This document shows positions 1 to 7,389 of a stretch of DNA of 35,348 nucleotides, one piece after another. The stretch is from a virus (lineage: Duplodnaviria; Heunggongvirae; Uroviricota; Caudoviricetes). Positions within the stretch are counted from its first letter, which is position 1. Each line of letters starts with the position of its first letter. The stretch is from the IMG/VR virus record IMGVR_UViG_2687453512_000002; one strand, 5' to 3'. Made by a program: the position numbers and the translations under genes. The notes beneath the pieces were generated by a model, which was not told where the DNA came from, ran no database searches, and saw nothing but the letters and a program-made list of their open reading frames with translations.

Positions 1-201
1 TTACCCATTGGCGCGGCTTAAGAGCTTATTTTTGAATTCACAATGGTCACGATATAACCATCTTGCTCGCCCGTGGATAACTTTGGCTTTTGGCAGGTCG
101 CCGGACTTAATCCGGTCATAGATGAAGGTTTTACCGAAGCCAGTATCGGCCATGATGAATTTCAAATCAACCAGTGAATCAGGTTGTAGTTCGTGTTGCA
201 T
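1..201 (-). CDS. xis: Excisionase / AlpA-TorI family DNA-binding protein (66 aa); integrase expected just outside the window to the left
   Basis: ORF MQHELQPDSLVDLKFIMADTGFGKTFIYDRIKSGDLPKAKVIHGRARWLYRDHCEF... has the AlpA/TorI-type winged-helix excisionase pattern; GGAG Shine-Dalgarno upstream of the ATG at 201; position at the prophage end. Confidence 0.8.
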   Translation of the reverse strand: MQHELQPDSLVDLKFIMADTGFGKTFIYDRIKSGDLPKAKVIHGRARWLYRDHCEFKNKLLSRANG

Positions 202-246
202 GAGTGCTATCTCCGAATAGGGAATCGAACCTGCAAATCAGGCAAT

Positions 247-267
247 AAAAAACCGCCATCAGGCGGC
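247..267 (-). terminator. Rho-independent terminator (minus strand)
   Basis: On the minus strand, GC hairpin CCGCC-TGAT-GGCGG followed by TTTTTT; it overlaps the stop codon of the small ORF at 259..426. Confidence 0.5.
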
Positions 268-426
268 TTGGTGTTCTTTCAGTTCTTCAATTCGAATATT
301 AGTTACGTCTGCATGTGCTATCTGCGCCCACAGCATCCAGTGGTCATAGCAGTCGTTGATGTTCTCTGCTTCGATAACTCTGTTGAATGGCTCTCCATTC
401 CATTCACCTGTGACTCGGAAGTGCAT
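259..426 (-). CDS. Small hypothetical protein (55 aa)
   Basis: ATG at 426 preceded by GGAG at about -8; translation MHFRVTGEWNGEPFNRVIEAENINDCYDHWMLWAQIAHADVTNIRIEELKEHQAA; below the 60-aa cutoff of the ORF track. Confidence 0.4.
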   Translation of the reverse strand: MHFRVTGEWNGEPFNRVIEAENINDCYDHWMLWAQIAHADVTNIRIEELKEHQAA

Positions 427-498
427 TTATCATCTCCATAAAACAAAACCCGCCGTAGCGAGTTCAGATAAAAGAAATCCCCGCGAGTGCGAGGATTA

Positions 499-783
499 TC
501 ATTCATTGTCGATATTCACCTTTATAGCGAACACCTTTACCGGTTTATCGCCGAAGTGCGGATGTGTGATTGTCTTGATTTCATATCCGTCATACGGGAC
601 GTCAATTCTGCGGCTGGAATCGTCGCGCTTCGGATATCCCTTTGTGATAATCAGGCGGTCATACTCGCGGAACATAATTCGCTTATTCCAGTAGTCATTA
701 CACAGGCGATACTCTTCCGTTTTCTCTCCGCGAATCATGGCATCGAAGTATTCACCTTTAACGGCAAGTTGCAGGTTAGCCAC
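499..783 (-). CDS. Hypothetical early-left-operon protein (94 aa)
   Basis: Uninterrupted ORF in the same orientation as the surrounding early genes; no family recognised with confidence. Confidence 0.55.
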   Translation of the reverse strand: MANLQLAVKGEYFDAMIRGEKTEEYRLCNDYWNKRIMFREYDRLIITKGYPKRDDSSRRIDVPYDGYEIKTITHPHFGDKPVKVFAIKVNIDNE

Positions 784-866
784 GACCTTCCTCCTTTGGC
801 TTGTGAATTTGTATCGTCATGCCGCTTTGAGTGGTGACTACAACGACAGAACCAGGCTGAAGACTG

Positions 867-1061
867 TTAAGATTGAATGCTTCGTAAAACGAAGCCAAGG
901 CCAGCGCTTTTTTTATTCTTTCGGTTCCACCAACGCCATCCATTGCTACAGGCTACACTGACAATCCACTGTCCACTCCTGTAAGCCATATAAAACCAGA
1001 TGAGCAAAACCTGAATGAATGCTATCCAGTCAATAATCGTATATTTCGCGAAGGAGACCAT
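867..1061 (-). CDS. Small hydrophobic protein (64 aa)
   Basis: ATG overlaps the stop of the upstream gene (ATGA coupling); hydrophobic, Trp-rich sequence. Confidence 0.45.
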   Translation of the reverse strand: MVSFAKYTIIDWIAFIQVLLIWFYMAYRSGQWIVSVACSNGWRWWNRKNKKSAGLGFVLRSIQS

Positions 1062-1633
1062 CAATTAACCTCCTGCGGCGGTTCCGGTAGAGGCATCCAG
1101 TACAAGGCGTTCCCTAACCACGATAAAGTGCCGTCGCTCAACTCCACGTATTCCCCTTGTACCTGTCCTGCCATATACTCGCCGTGCTTTGAATAAATTA
1201 AAATCCAATCATCTTGAGCGGGCATTCGCTCACTACAGCTTATCCAACCATCCGGAGTTACCGGATAGTTGCCCGACAGCTCGTTCAACTTGTAAGTTTG
1301 GCTTACAGGTTCGGCTTCCAGTTCTGCAATGCGCTTCTCTGCAGCTTCCAGCTCAACGCGCAGCTTCCCTACCGTTAGCGCAATTTCCTCGTTCTCCTGG
1401 TCGCGGCGTTTGATGTATTGCTGGTTTCTTTCCCGTTCATCCAGCAGCGCCAGCACGGTTTCTGGTCCGGTCAGAAATTTGAAGGCGTTGAGCGCATCAA
1501 TATCCACACCGTAATCCTTAAGTTCCTGTTCACTTAACAAATCATCATCAACTGGCAACATTAACAGGCGTTCCATTGCCGGAATTGCACGTTCTGCCGC
1601 CTCACGCAGTGCCTGATAGTTAATTTTGGTCAT
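1061..1633 (-). CDS. Ea22-like / DUF551-containing protein (190 aa)
   Basis: Coiled-coil N-terminus and a C-terminal DGWISCSERMPAQDDWILIY...YWMPLPEPP motif typical of DUF551; typical position in lambdoid left arms. Confidence 0.65.
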   Translation of the reverse strand: MTKINYQALREAAERAIPAMERLLMLPVDDDLLSEQELKDYGVDIDALNAFKFLTGPETVLALLDERERNQQYIKRRDQENEEIALTVGKLRVELEAAEKRIAELEAEPVSQTYKLNELSGNYPVTPDGWISCSERMPAQDDWILIYSKHGEYMAGQVQGEYVELSDGTLSWLGNALYWMPLPEPPQEVN

Positions 1634-1634
1634 A

Positions 1635-1934
1635 TCACATCCCCCTGAAGCCGTTGCATTTACGTAAAAAATCGCAGATATAGCCCTTCATTTTTTCGTG
1701 CCAATCTCGATCATTCCCATTGCACCAACCATCAGGTGGAGTCCAGTTTTCTATCAGAGCAGCCATTTTCTTTGCTTTCGCCGGAGTAGCTGTTGCGGTA
1801 TCGCAGTAATGACGAGTGTCAACCAACGTATCCATACCATCGATATCAAGTACGCAAAACCATGTGTGATTCGGCATTTCAACAGATGGTATTTGTTGCC
1901 CACGTCGACGTTTATCAATAAGACATACAGTCAC
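1635..1934 (-). CDS. Hypothetical protein (99 aa), GTG start coupled to upstream stop
   Basis: ORF abuts neighbours with overlapping start/stop (GTGA); no recognised family. Confidence 0.5.
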   Translation of the reverse strand: MTVCLIDKRRRGQQIPSVEMPNHTWFCVLDIDGMDTLVDTRHYCDTATATPAKAKKMAALIENWTPPDGWCNGNDRDWHEKMKGYICDFLRKCNGFRGM

Positions 1935-2467
1935 TGGTTGCCTCCTTTGCGAAGCTGGGCAGCAAAGTCAACTAACCACTCAGTCATTTCAACCTTCCCT
2001 ACCAGGTCTGAACCAGGGTGCATACAGCAATCACTCTGCGCCGCTTTGAAATCCTTATACTCATATTCTTGGGCCACCAGATTTTTTGCAGCTTCTATAG
2101 CAGCATCCACCCCCTGCGCCCGCACTTCAGCCAGAAAAGCATCGGTGGCTGGGGTTTCAGTAACATCATCTTCCCATTCGCTAAACTCCTCACGACAAAA
2201 GTCATTAAATTCCTTCTCAGATTGCTTAAGTGAGGTATTTTCAGCAGCCATCTTCGCGCATTTAGCCTCAAGGTTATCAATCGTGATTCCAGCAGAACTA
2301 CACTCCCGCAACGCCGTTTCCAGTTTTGATTCAAGTTCACCGAACTTACGGACAAGGTATTCAGCGTTTGTTTCGTTAACCTTTAAATCACTTGGGATGC
2401 ATTTACCTTTCAGAAAACCATCCATCTCAATTAGTGACATTTGTTTCATTTCTTCCCACTCCGCCAC
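1931..2467 (-). CDS. Ead/Ea22-like family protein (178 aa)
   Basis: Acidic, coiled-coil protein with Ea22-like C-terminal region (…AEVRAQGVDAAIEAAKNLVAQEYE…); position downstream of the recombination genes. Confidence 0.65.
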   Translation of the reverse strand: MAEWEEMKQMSLIEMDGFLKGKCIPSDLKVNETNAEYLVRKFGELESKLETALRECSSAGITIDNLEAKCAKMAAENTSLKQSEKEFNDFCREEFSEWEDDVTETPATDAFLAEVRAQGVDAAIEAAKNLVAQEYEYKDFKAAQSDCCMHPGSDLVGKVEMTEWLVDFAAQLRKGGNQ

Positions 2468-2543
2468 ATCGCATTCAGATATTTGTTGTCATTAACAGAA
2501 CCGAAACTCTTTCTCTTAAGCAAGTCCTCTCATGGTAAATTCC

Positions 2544-2840
2544 TCAGTCATTACTGATAGCGCCATAGCGTGAGCGGTAATTACGCAGGCGCGGGTCGAT
2601 ATATTCAGGGAAGTGGGTATATGTGGCTTTGCGGAATGGTCGGATTGATGTCTGGTAAATTCGCTCGCGTTCTTCTTTCTCTGCAAGCCATATACAGTGG
2701 CGAAATTCCTTTTCCTCTTTCGTTTCCTGCGGTAGAGACATTATTCGATCGTAGTTTTTTCTGAATTTATCCAGCACCTCCGATACGGAATTGCCGGAAC
2801 AGCGGCGCGGGTCATCCGCACCATACAAAGGCGCTGGCAT
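2544..2840 (-). CDS. Hypothetical early protein (98 aa); size and position are compatible with an Abc2-like anti-RecBCD protein but this is not established
   Basis: ORF MPAPLYGADDPRRCSGNSVSEVLDKFRKNYDRIMSLPQETKEEKEF...; located immediately downstream of erf/ssb. Confidence 0.55.
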   Translation of the reverse strand: MPAPLYGADDPRRCSGNSVSEVLDKFRKNYDRIMSLPQETKEEKEFRHCIWLAEKEERERIYQTSIRPFRKATYTHFPEYIDPRLRNYRSRYGAISND

Positions 2841-2863
2841 AATTAAATCCTTATTTTTCTAAA

Positions 2864-3247
2864 TCAGAATGGGATGGAATCGTCGTATTCAGGATTATTT
2901 TGATGATTGCTACTTTGCTGCTGTTGGCTGTTTCCTGAAGTTGCAAATCCAATCTTTGCATTCAGTAATTCAAGAGTGATTGATTGACCATTTTGCCCCT
3001 GATAAACATCAACCCTGATGTTTTCTCCGGTAATTTCTACAATGCCTCCTTCAACCAGAACGCTACGATAGTAATCCGCTTGCGCTCCCGGCTTGGCAAA
3101 TACAACGGCGCTGTAGTTTGTCCATTCTTTCTTTTTTGTCTGGCGATCGTAATACTGAACGCCAGCACGGATGTTGAATCCGATATTTTCCCCGCCCTGA
3201 AACTCTCTTGCGGGTTTGTTTAGTCTTACTGTAATCGAATGTGCCAT
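2864..3247 (-). CDS. ssb: Single-stranded DNA-binding protein (127 aa)
   Basis: OB-fold-like N-terminus, Gln/Gly-rich linker and acidic C-terminal tail ending YDDSIPF (canonical SSB tip); ATG overlaps erf stop (TAATG). Confidence 0.85.
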   Translation of the reverse strand: MAHSITVRLNKPAREFQGGENIGFNIRAGVQYYDRQTKKKEWTNYSAVVFAKPGAQADYYRSVLVEGGIVEITGENIRVDVYQGQNGQSITLELLNAKIGFATSGNSQQQQSSNHQNNPEYDDSIPF

Positions 3248-3852
3248 TAAGCAGTTGCCCCTTCTAATTCGTCTCGTCTGATGTTGTAAACGTCCTGCGC
3301 TTTGTGCTGCTCCGGCGTCCCTTCGAGCATCTTCCACGCTTTGGCGAACGCCTGTTTAAGCTCTTCTACGGTGTTTTTCTGCATTGCTGCGTCAGTGAAT
3401 GCTTTTAGAACCTGTTCAGGTGTAAGTGATGGTTTTGATTGCTTTGCTGCTGCGTTCTGCTGATGTTTATGCTCGTCTGTATCTGCATCTTTCGCATCAT
3501 CAATGCCGAACAAACCATTGAGGCAATACTTGCGTGCATAAGAGCTTGTAGCTCCCGTAACTTGTGCAGAATCCATTCCTTTCTTGCTTTCTTCCTCTCG
3601 TGCAAGAGCGGTTGCCGTATGACTGTTTTCGCCATCGGTAATAGTTGCCGTGGCTTTCACGTAATACCGATCACCAATCAACACAACTTCATCGCTGATT
3701 GATAAAAACAGACCGTTCAGTAACGGCTTAACGCCTTCAAGAATATCTTCGCAGCTTCTGTATTTATATTTGCCGAATGAGTTGTACTGATTCTTTGGCG
3801 CGTTCAGATTCTCCTGAATAGCTGCCAGTCTTGCGTAAAATTCTTTGCTCAT
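3247..3852 (-). CDS. erf: Erf-family single-strand annealing recombinase (about 201 aa)
   Basis: Translation from the internal ATG begins MSKEFYARLAAIQENLNAPKNQYNSFGKYKYRSCEDILEGVKPLL..., matching the P22 Erf N-terminus as remembered. Confidence 0.85.
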   Translation of the reverse strand: MSKEFYARLAAIQENLNAPKNQYNSFGKYKYRSCEDILEGVKPLLNGLFLSISDEVVLIGDRYYVKATATITDGENSHTATALAREEESKKGMDSAQVTGATSSYARKYCLNGLFGIDDAKDADTDEHKHQQNAAAKQSKPSLTPEQVLKAFTDAAMQKNTVEELKQAFAKAWKMLEGTPEQHKAQDVYNIRRDELEGATA

Positions 3853-3953
3853 ATGATTGCTCTCAGAATGGACACGGCCCAAGGAAATAACGCTGATTTA
3901 ATACTTCGACTCGGGACAAATTAAGGCATACCCGCATTCCTTCGCGGTCACCA

Positions 3954-4112
3954 TTATGGCGATACCAGAGAGCTTTCTGCGTGTACATGCGTCTCTGTAA
4001 CTTGCTCTCCTTCACTGTGGTTGCAAGTGACATGAATATCTCCTTCGTTACCGATTAATTCTTTTATCTGACGAATGAATTCTTCGTCTGACCAGTTATC
4101 CGTAAAACTCAT
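3954..4112 (-). CDS. Small protein in the Kil position (52 aa), start overlapping cIII stop
   Basis: ATGA overlap with the preceding cIII-like gene, as in lambda cIII/kil; assignment by position only. Confidence 0.4.
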   Translation of the reverse strand: MSFTDNWSDEEFIRQIKELIGNEGDIHVTCNHSEGEQVTETHVHAESSLVSP

Positions 4113-4279
4113 GGACGGCCTTGTTGTTTCAAAATATCCCAAAGCTTTTCGAGCAAGCTTTTCATTCTTGGTTGTTTAAAGTCTGCTCCGGTTAAAATGT
4201 TTTTTCGTGAATGCTGTACCGATAAAATCGGGTTGAAAGGGCGAACCGATGCCGCCCCTGCAATAGCGAACTGTTGCAT
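4109..4279 (-). CDS. cIII: CIII-like protein (FtsH/HflB inhibitor, 56 aa)
   Basis: Starts MQQFAIAG and ends LWDILKQQGRP, paralleling lambda CIII (MQYAIAG … LIDILNQPGVP); strong AAGGAG Shine-Dalgarno 6 nt before the ATG at 4279. Confidence 0.7.
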   Translation of the reverse strand: MQQFAIAGAASVRPFNPILSVQHSRKNILTGADFKQPRMKSLLEKLWDILKQQGRP

Positions 4280-4473
4280 AGGATGCTCCTTCTGTTTGAT
4301 TGCATAACGAAAACGCCTCGAGTGAAGCGTTATTGGTATGCATATAAAAAAGCCCTCACACTGGAGGGCAAAGAAGATTTCCAATAATCAGAACAAGTCG
4401 GCTCCTGTTTAGTTACGAGCGACATTGCTCCGTGTATTCACTCGTTGGAATGAATACACAGTGCTTATTCGTA

Positions 4474-4944
4474 CTAATAAAACACCCAGTTTTCTGTTTC
4501 TTGGTTGTGTCCAAAGTTATATTCAATACCTGGTGTTGATGTATCAATATTCTTCATCCCATCAACAAGAGTTGATACAACAGCCAAATCTTGTTTGATT
4601 CTCATCAAATGGTATTTCTTCCGGCGCAATAAACTTTCAATGGCAAGTTTCTTCGTCGGGAATGCAAAAGATCTTTCTGCATTTTTTGCTACTTTCTTAA
4701 TTGCATATCTATTTCTCCTTTGTTTCCATTCCTGTAACCACTGATTTGGTGCTGGTTTAAAATTAACAATCCAATGCGCAGGAACCAACCATGCATAATG
4801 CTCTGTCTGATGAAAAGCTATATATTGAAGTGCGAATATTTTGATTCCATCTTCTTCAACTGTCGCTTGGAATCTCCAGAAAACAGGCATTCCATCATGT
4901 TCAGTTTCTGATTCAGGAAAAGGTACGCTCCATGATTTTGTCAT
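4474..4944 (-). CDS. Hypothetical protein (156 aa), AT-rich moron-like gene between N and cIII
   Basis: Complete ORF in a region of visibly lower GC than flanking phage genes; occupies the ral/sieB-type accessory slot; no transmembrane segments. Confidence 0.65.
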   Translation of the reverse strand: MTKSWSVPFPESETEHDGMPVFWRFQATVEEDGIKIFALQYIAFHQTEHYAWLVPAHWIVNFKPAPNQWLQEWKQRRNRYAIKKVAKNAERSFAFPTKKLAIESLLRRKKYHLMRIKQDLAVVSTLVDGMKNIDTSTPGIEYNFGHNQETENWVFY

Positions 4945-4952
4945 ATATCACC

Positions 4953-5252
4953 TCAAATAAGTGGTTTGCTGCCTAATTTCATTTTCTGGCGACCAACACA
5001 AGTCACACCCATTTCACTGCGTGGCTTGCGGTAGTAAATACGATTCTGTTTACTCTCGACTTCATCTGCCTTCTTGCAGCGAAGGATTCCGAGTGATGCT
5101 GCTTTATCCGCTCTGACGCAACCAGAGAGCTTTAGCGCAATTTTTCGCGCCAGTCGCTGTTCTTGCATCGCCTGTTCACGTTGAGCCTGTCTGCGTGCTC
5201 TGCGGCGATTTCTGGCGTTATCGTCAGCCAGATATGTAATGACTACTGTCAT
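4953..5252 (-). CDS. N: Antitermination protein N-like (99 aa)
   Basis: Translation from ATG at 5252 (GGAGG Shine-Dalgarno): MTVVITYLADDNARNRRRARRQAQREQ... carries an arginine-rich motif like the boxB-binding N proteins; first gene downstream of pL/nutL. Confidence 0.75.
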   Translation of the reverse strand: MTVVITYLADDNARNRRRARRQAQREQAMQEQRLARKIALKLSGCVRADKAASLGILRCKKADEVESKQNRIYYRKPRSEMGVTCVGRQKMKLGSKPLI

Positions 5253-5565
5253 GTTGACCTCCGATGAAACAACTTTGGAATTGATAGTGATTGCAAAGTG
5301 GTTTCTGGCCCCTCGAACTGAGGGGCAGAAAGAGCATCTCGCCACCTAATAGGTCGATGCTCGGATCGAGAGATTTAATTAACCTCGGTTTTGAAGTTAT
5401 GCATTCACATAAATCCTCCTACCTCTTGTGCAGCTTTCTTGAATATGGTGGCGGCTGCATAACGCCTATGGAATTGACTTTGGCGGTGACGCGCCGGGTG
5501 CTTATCTTCCGGTTGCCGTCGTGCAGCTGCACTTCACGTCACCCCAAAGCCAACTACTCTTTGGT

Positions 5566-5607
5566 TCCCGCATTTCGGCGGGACAATCCCATCAATGTTA
5601 AAGAGCC
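5566..5607 (-). promoter_or_regulatory. nutL (boxA GCTCTTTAACA plus boxB hairpin TCCCGC-CGAAAT-GCGGGA)
   Basis: Minus-strand sequence reproduces almost exactly the boxA-boxB element found downstream of cro (6697..6740). Confidence 0.6.
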
Positions 5608-5644
5608 TGCCAATCTGTTCCGTTTGGCTTCCAGCGTCCTGCTG

Positions 5645-5706
5645 ATGGCTTAAATTTAAGATCTCTTTAATTAATGGTCAAGAGCATTTTTGAAGAAAAC
5701 TTAAAT
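5645..5706 (-). promoter_or_regulatory. pL promoter with overlapping P22-type operators (OL1 5654..5671, OL2 5689..5706)
   Basis: Minus strand -35 TTGACC, 17-nt spacer, -10 TAAATT; 18-bp sites ATTTAAG-ATCT-CTTTAAT and TTTGAAG-AAAA-CTTAAAT fit the ANTNAAG-N4-CTTNANT C2-operator pattern. Confidence 0.55.
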
Positions 5707-5749
5707 TTTCTTTCGTAACTTAAGTTTGGCTTTGATTTTTAAAGGAAAT

Positions 5750-5772
5750 AAAAAAAAAGGGGCGAATGCCCC
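5750..5772 (-). terminator. Rho-independent terminator downstream of the repressor gene
   Basis: Minus-strand hairpin GGGGC-ATTC-GCCCC followed by a 9-nt T run, immediately after the repressor stop codon. Confidence 0.7.
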
Positions 5773-5773
5773 C

Positions 5774-6424
5774 TTATGGAAGGTTTGCTAGTTTTGCATC
5801 GACAACTACGCCGATGATTTTGCAGTTTCCGTTGATCTCGATCATCGGATATTGTGGGTTAAGTGGTTTTAGAAACTTCCTGCCTGCATCAATAACTAAC
5901 TTCTTGAAAGTTGCCTCGTTTTCTCCTTCGAGCTTTGCAACTACCAGTTTCCCGTTACGCGGCTCTACTTCAGGATCGACGAGTATTATCATTCCTTCAG
6001 GGATACTGAGACCGGCCGGAGCCGTCATTGAGTCTCCCTTCACGTCCAACCAAAACGAATCTTCTGAACAGTCTACGGTTGTATCGTACCAGTTATCTAT
6101 TGCACGCTTATGATATGGTTCTACAGCTTCCATCCAGCATCCTGCGCTCACCCAGCTAATCAGAGGGTATGACCCTCTTGGATCATGCCTACTGTGATAG
6201 GCAATGTTTGAAAGACTTTCCTCTCCTTTCATCAGATAGTCAGGGGAACACTTCAACGCATTAGCCAGGGCGAGAAGATTCTCTCCATTTGGCTCTGTCT
6301 CAGAGCGTTCCCACTGAGATATGGCAACATTAGACACGCCGACCATCTTTCCAAGTGCGGCCTGCCTGATCTTGAGTTCTTTTCTCCGAGCGCGAATGCG
6401 CTCTCCCATCAATTGAGTTTTCAT
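5774..6424 (-). CDS. c2: Prophage repressor, P22 C2-type (HTH plus LexA-like S24 autocleavage domain, 216 aa)
   Basis: MKTQLMGERIRARRKELKIRQAALGKMVGVSNVAISQWER… with C-terminal GDSMTAPAGLSIPEGMIILVDPE…FKKL motif; near-identical to P22 C2 as remembered. Confidence 0.93.
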   Translation of the reverse strand: MKTQLMGERIRARRKELKIRQAALGKMVGVSNVAISQWERSETEPNGENLLALANALKCSPDYLMKGEESLSNIAYHSRHDPRGSYPLISWVSAGCWMEAVEPYHKRAIDNWYDTTVDCSEDSFWLDVKGDSMTAPAGLSIPEGMIILVDPEVEPRNGKLVVAKLEGENEATFKKLVIDAGRKFLKPLNPQYPMIEINGNCKIIGVVVDAKLANLP

Positions 6425-6490
6425 AGTTAAGACATCTTAAATAAACTTGACTTAAGATTCCTTTAGTGGATAATTTAAGTGTTCTTTAAT
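6425..6490. promoter_or_regulatory. OR operator region with divergent pRM/pR (OR3 6425..6442, OR2 6450..6467, OR1 6473..6490)
   Basis: Three 18-bp sites AGTTAAG-ACAT-CTTAAAT, ACTTAAG-ATTC-CTTTAGT, ATTTAAG-TGTT-CTTTAAT; TTGACT -35 and GATAAT -10 upstream of cro. Confidence 0.75.
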
Positions 6491-6504
6491 TTCGGAGCGA
6501 GTCT

Positions 6505-6690
6505 ATGTACAAGAAAGATGTTATCGACCACTTCGGAACCCAGCGTGCTGTAGCTAAAGCGTTAGGCATTAGCGACGCAGCAGTCTCTCAGTGGAAGGAA
6601 GTCATCCCAGAGAAAGACGCCTATCGACTGGAAGTCGTTACAGCTGGCGCCCTGAAGTATCAAGAAAGCGCTTACCGCAAAGCGGCATAA
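6505..6690 (+). CDS. cro: Cro repressor (P22-type, 61 aa)
   Basis: MYKKDVIDHFGTQRAVAKALGISDAAVSQWKEVIPEKDAYRLEVVTAGALKYQESAYRKAA, matching P22 Cro as remembered. Confidence 0.9.
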   Translation: MYKKDVIDHFGTQRAVAKALGISDAAVSQWKEVIPEKDAYRLEVVTAGALKYQESAYRKAA

Positions 6691-6696
6691 GCAAAT

Positions 6697-6740
6697 TGCT
6701 CTTTAACAGTCATGGTCCTCATTCCCGCCGAAATGCGGGA
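6697..6740 (+). promoter_or_regulatory. nutR (boxA TGCTCTTTAACA plus boxB hairpin TCCCGC-CGAAAT-GCGGGA)
   Basis: boxA is close to the lambda consensus CGCTCTTACACA; stem-loop 13 nt downstream; mirror copy present in the pL leader. Confidence 0.6.
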
Positions 6741-6747
6741 ATACAAC

Positions 6748-6780
6748 GCGCATAAGTTGATGCGCATAACTTCTTATTTG
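6748..6780 (+). terminator. Candidate tR1-like terminator
   Basis: Hairpin GCGCAT-AAGTTG-ATGCGC followed by a T-rich tract, between nutR and cII. Confidence 0.35.
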
Positions 6781-6798
6781 TTAAGGAAATACTTACAT

Positions 6799-7092
6799 AT
6801 GGTTCGTGCAAACAAACGCAACGAGGCTCTAAGAATCGAGAGTGCGTTGCTTAACAAAATCGCAATGCTTGGAACTGAGAAGACAGCGGAAGCTGTGGGC
6901 GTTGATAAGTCGCAGATCAGCAGGTGGAAGAGGGACTGGATTCCAAAGTTCTCAATGCTGCTTGCTGTTCTTGAATGGGGTGTTGTCGACGACGACATGG
7001 CTCGATTGGCACGACAAGTTGCTTCGATTCTCACCAATAAAAAACGCCCGGCGGCAACCGAGCGTTCTGATCAAATACAAATGGAATTTTAA
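6799..7092 (+). CDS. cII: CII transcriptional activator, lambda-type (97 aa)
   Basis: MVRANKRNEALRIESALLNKIAMLGTEKTAEAVGVDKSQISRWKRDWIPKFSMLLAVLEWGVVDDDMARLARQVASILTNKKRPAATERSDQIQMEF is near-identical to lambda CII as remembered. Confidence 0.9.
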   Translation: MVRANKRNEALRIESALLNKIAMLGTEKTAEAVGVDKSQISRWKRDWIPKFSMLLAVLEWGVVDDDMARLARQVASILTNKKRPAATERSDQIQMEF

Positions 7093-7114
7093 CAACATCC
7101 AACGAGGTAATTAT

Positions 7115-7387
7115 ATGCGAAACAAAGGCTTTAATCCACCTGATACACACAAAGAAGCTAAGCGTTTGCGCTTCCTTCGTTCCATTGATGAAAGAACTCA
7201 AATCTCTTTTGTGAAAGTTGCCAGAACTGAGCTTCTGAAGGCTGAGGCGAGGGCGTTGCTCCCGTCTCTACCAAAAGAGGAGGGATATACGTTCATTCCA
7301 AACGCATTTCTGGAAAAGCTTCTCAAAGAAGACATATCCGTAAGTCAGTTTAACGATGTTCTTAAGGTCTTTCGTCAAGGCAGGTAG
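7115..7387 (+). CDS. Hypothetical protein (90 aa) inserted between cII and the replication initiator
   Basis: ATG at 7115 with GAGG Shine-Dalgarno; basic, helical translation MRNKGFNPPDTHKEAKRLRFLRSIDERTQISFVKVARTELLKAEARAL…. Confidence 0.55.
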   Translation: MRNKGFNPPDTHKEAKRLRFLRSIDERTQISFVKVARTELLKAEARALLPSLPKEEGYTFIPNAFLEKLLKEDISVSQFNDVLKVFRQGR

Positions 7388-7389
7388 TT

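Noticed and set aside
205-245. tRNA-like T-loop motif (GGTTCGATTCC) on the minus strand just upstream of xis, considered as a possible att core or tRNA fragment
   Set aside because: The flanking bases do not form a T-stem or acceptor stem, so this is probably a chance match. The real attachment site should lie beyond the integrase, outside the window.
1698-2495. 265-aa plus-strand ORF
   Set aside because: It is antisense to two well-supported, translationally coupled minus-strand genes (1635..1934 and 1931..2467). Its Ser-rich translation is typical of antisense frames.
5291-5653. 120-aa plus-strand ORF spanning the N leader and nutL region
   Set aside because: It overlaps the regulatory elements (nutL, pL) on the strand opposite to transcription, has no ribosome-binding site, and its translation is low-complexity.
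6842-7387. 181-aa ORF from the track
   Set aside because: Its 5-prime part overlaps cII in another frame. The plausible gene is the 3-prime portion starting at the ATG at 7115, which has a Shine-Dalgarno.
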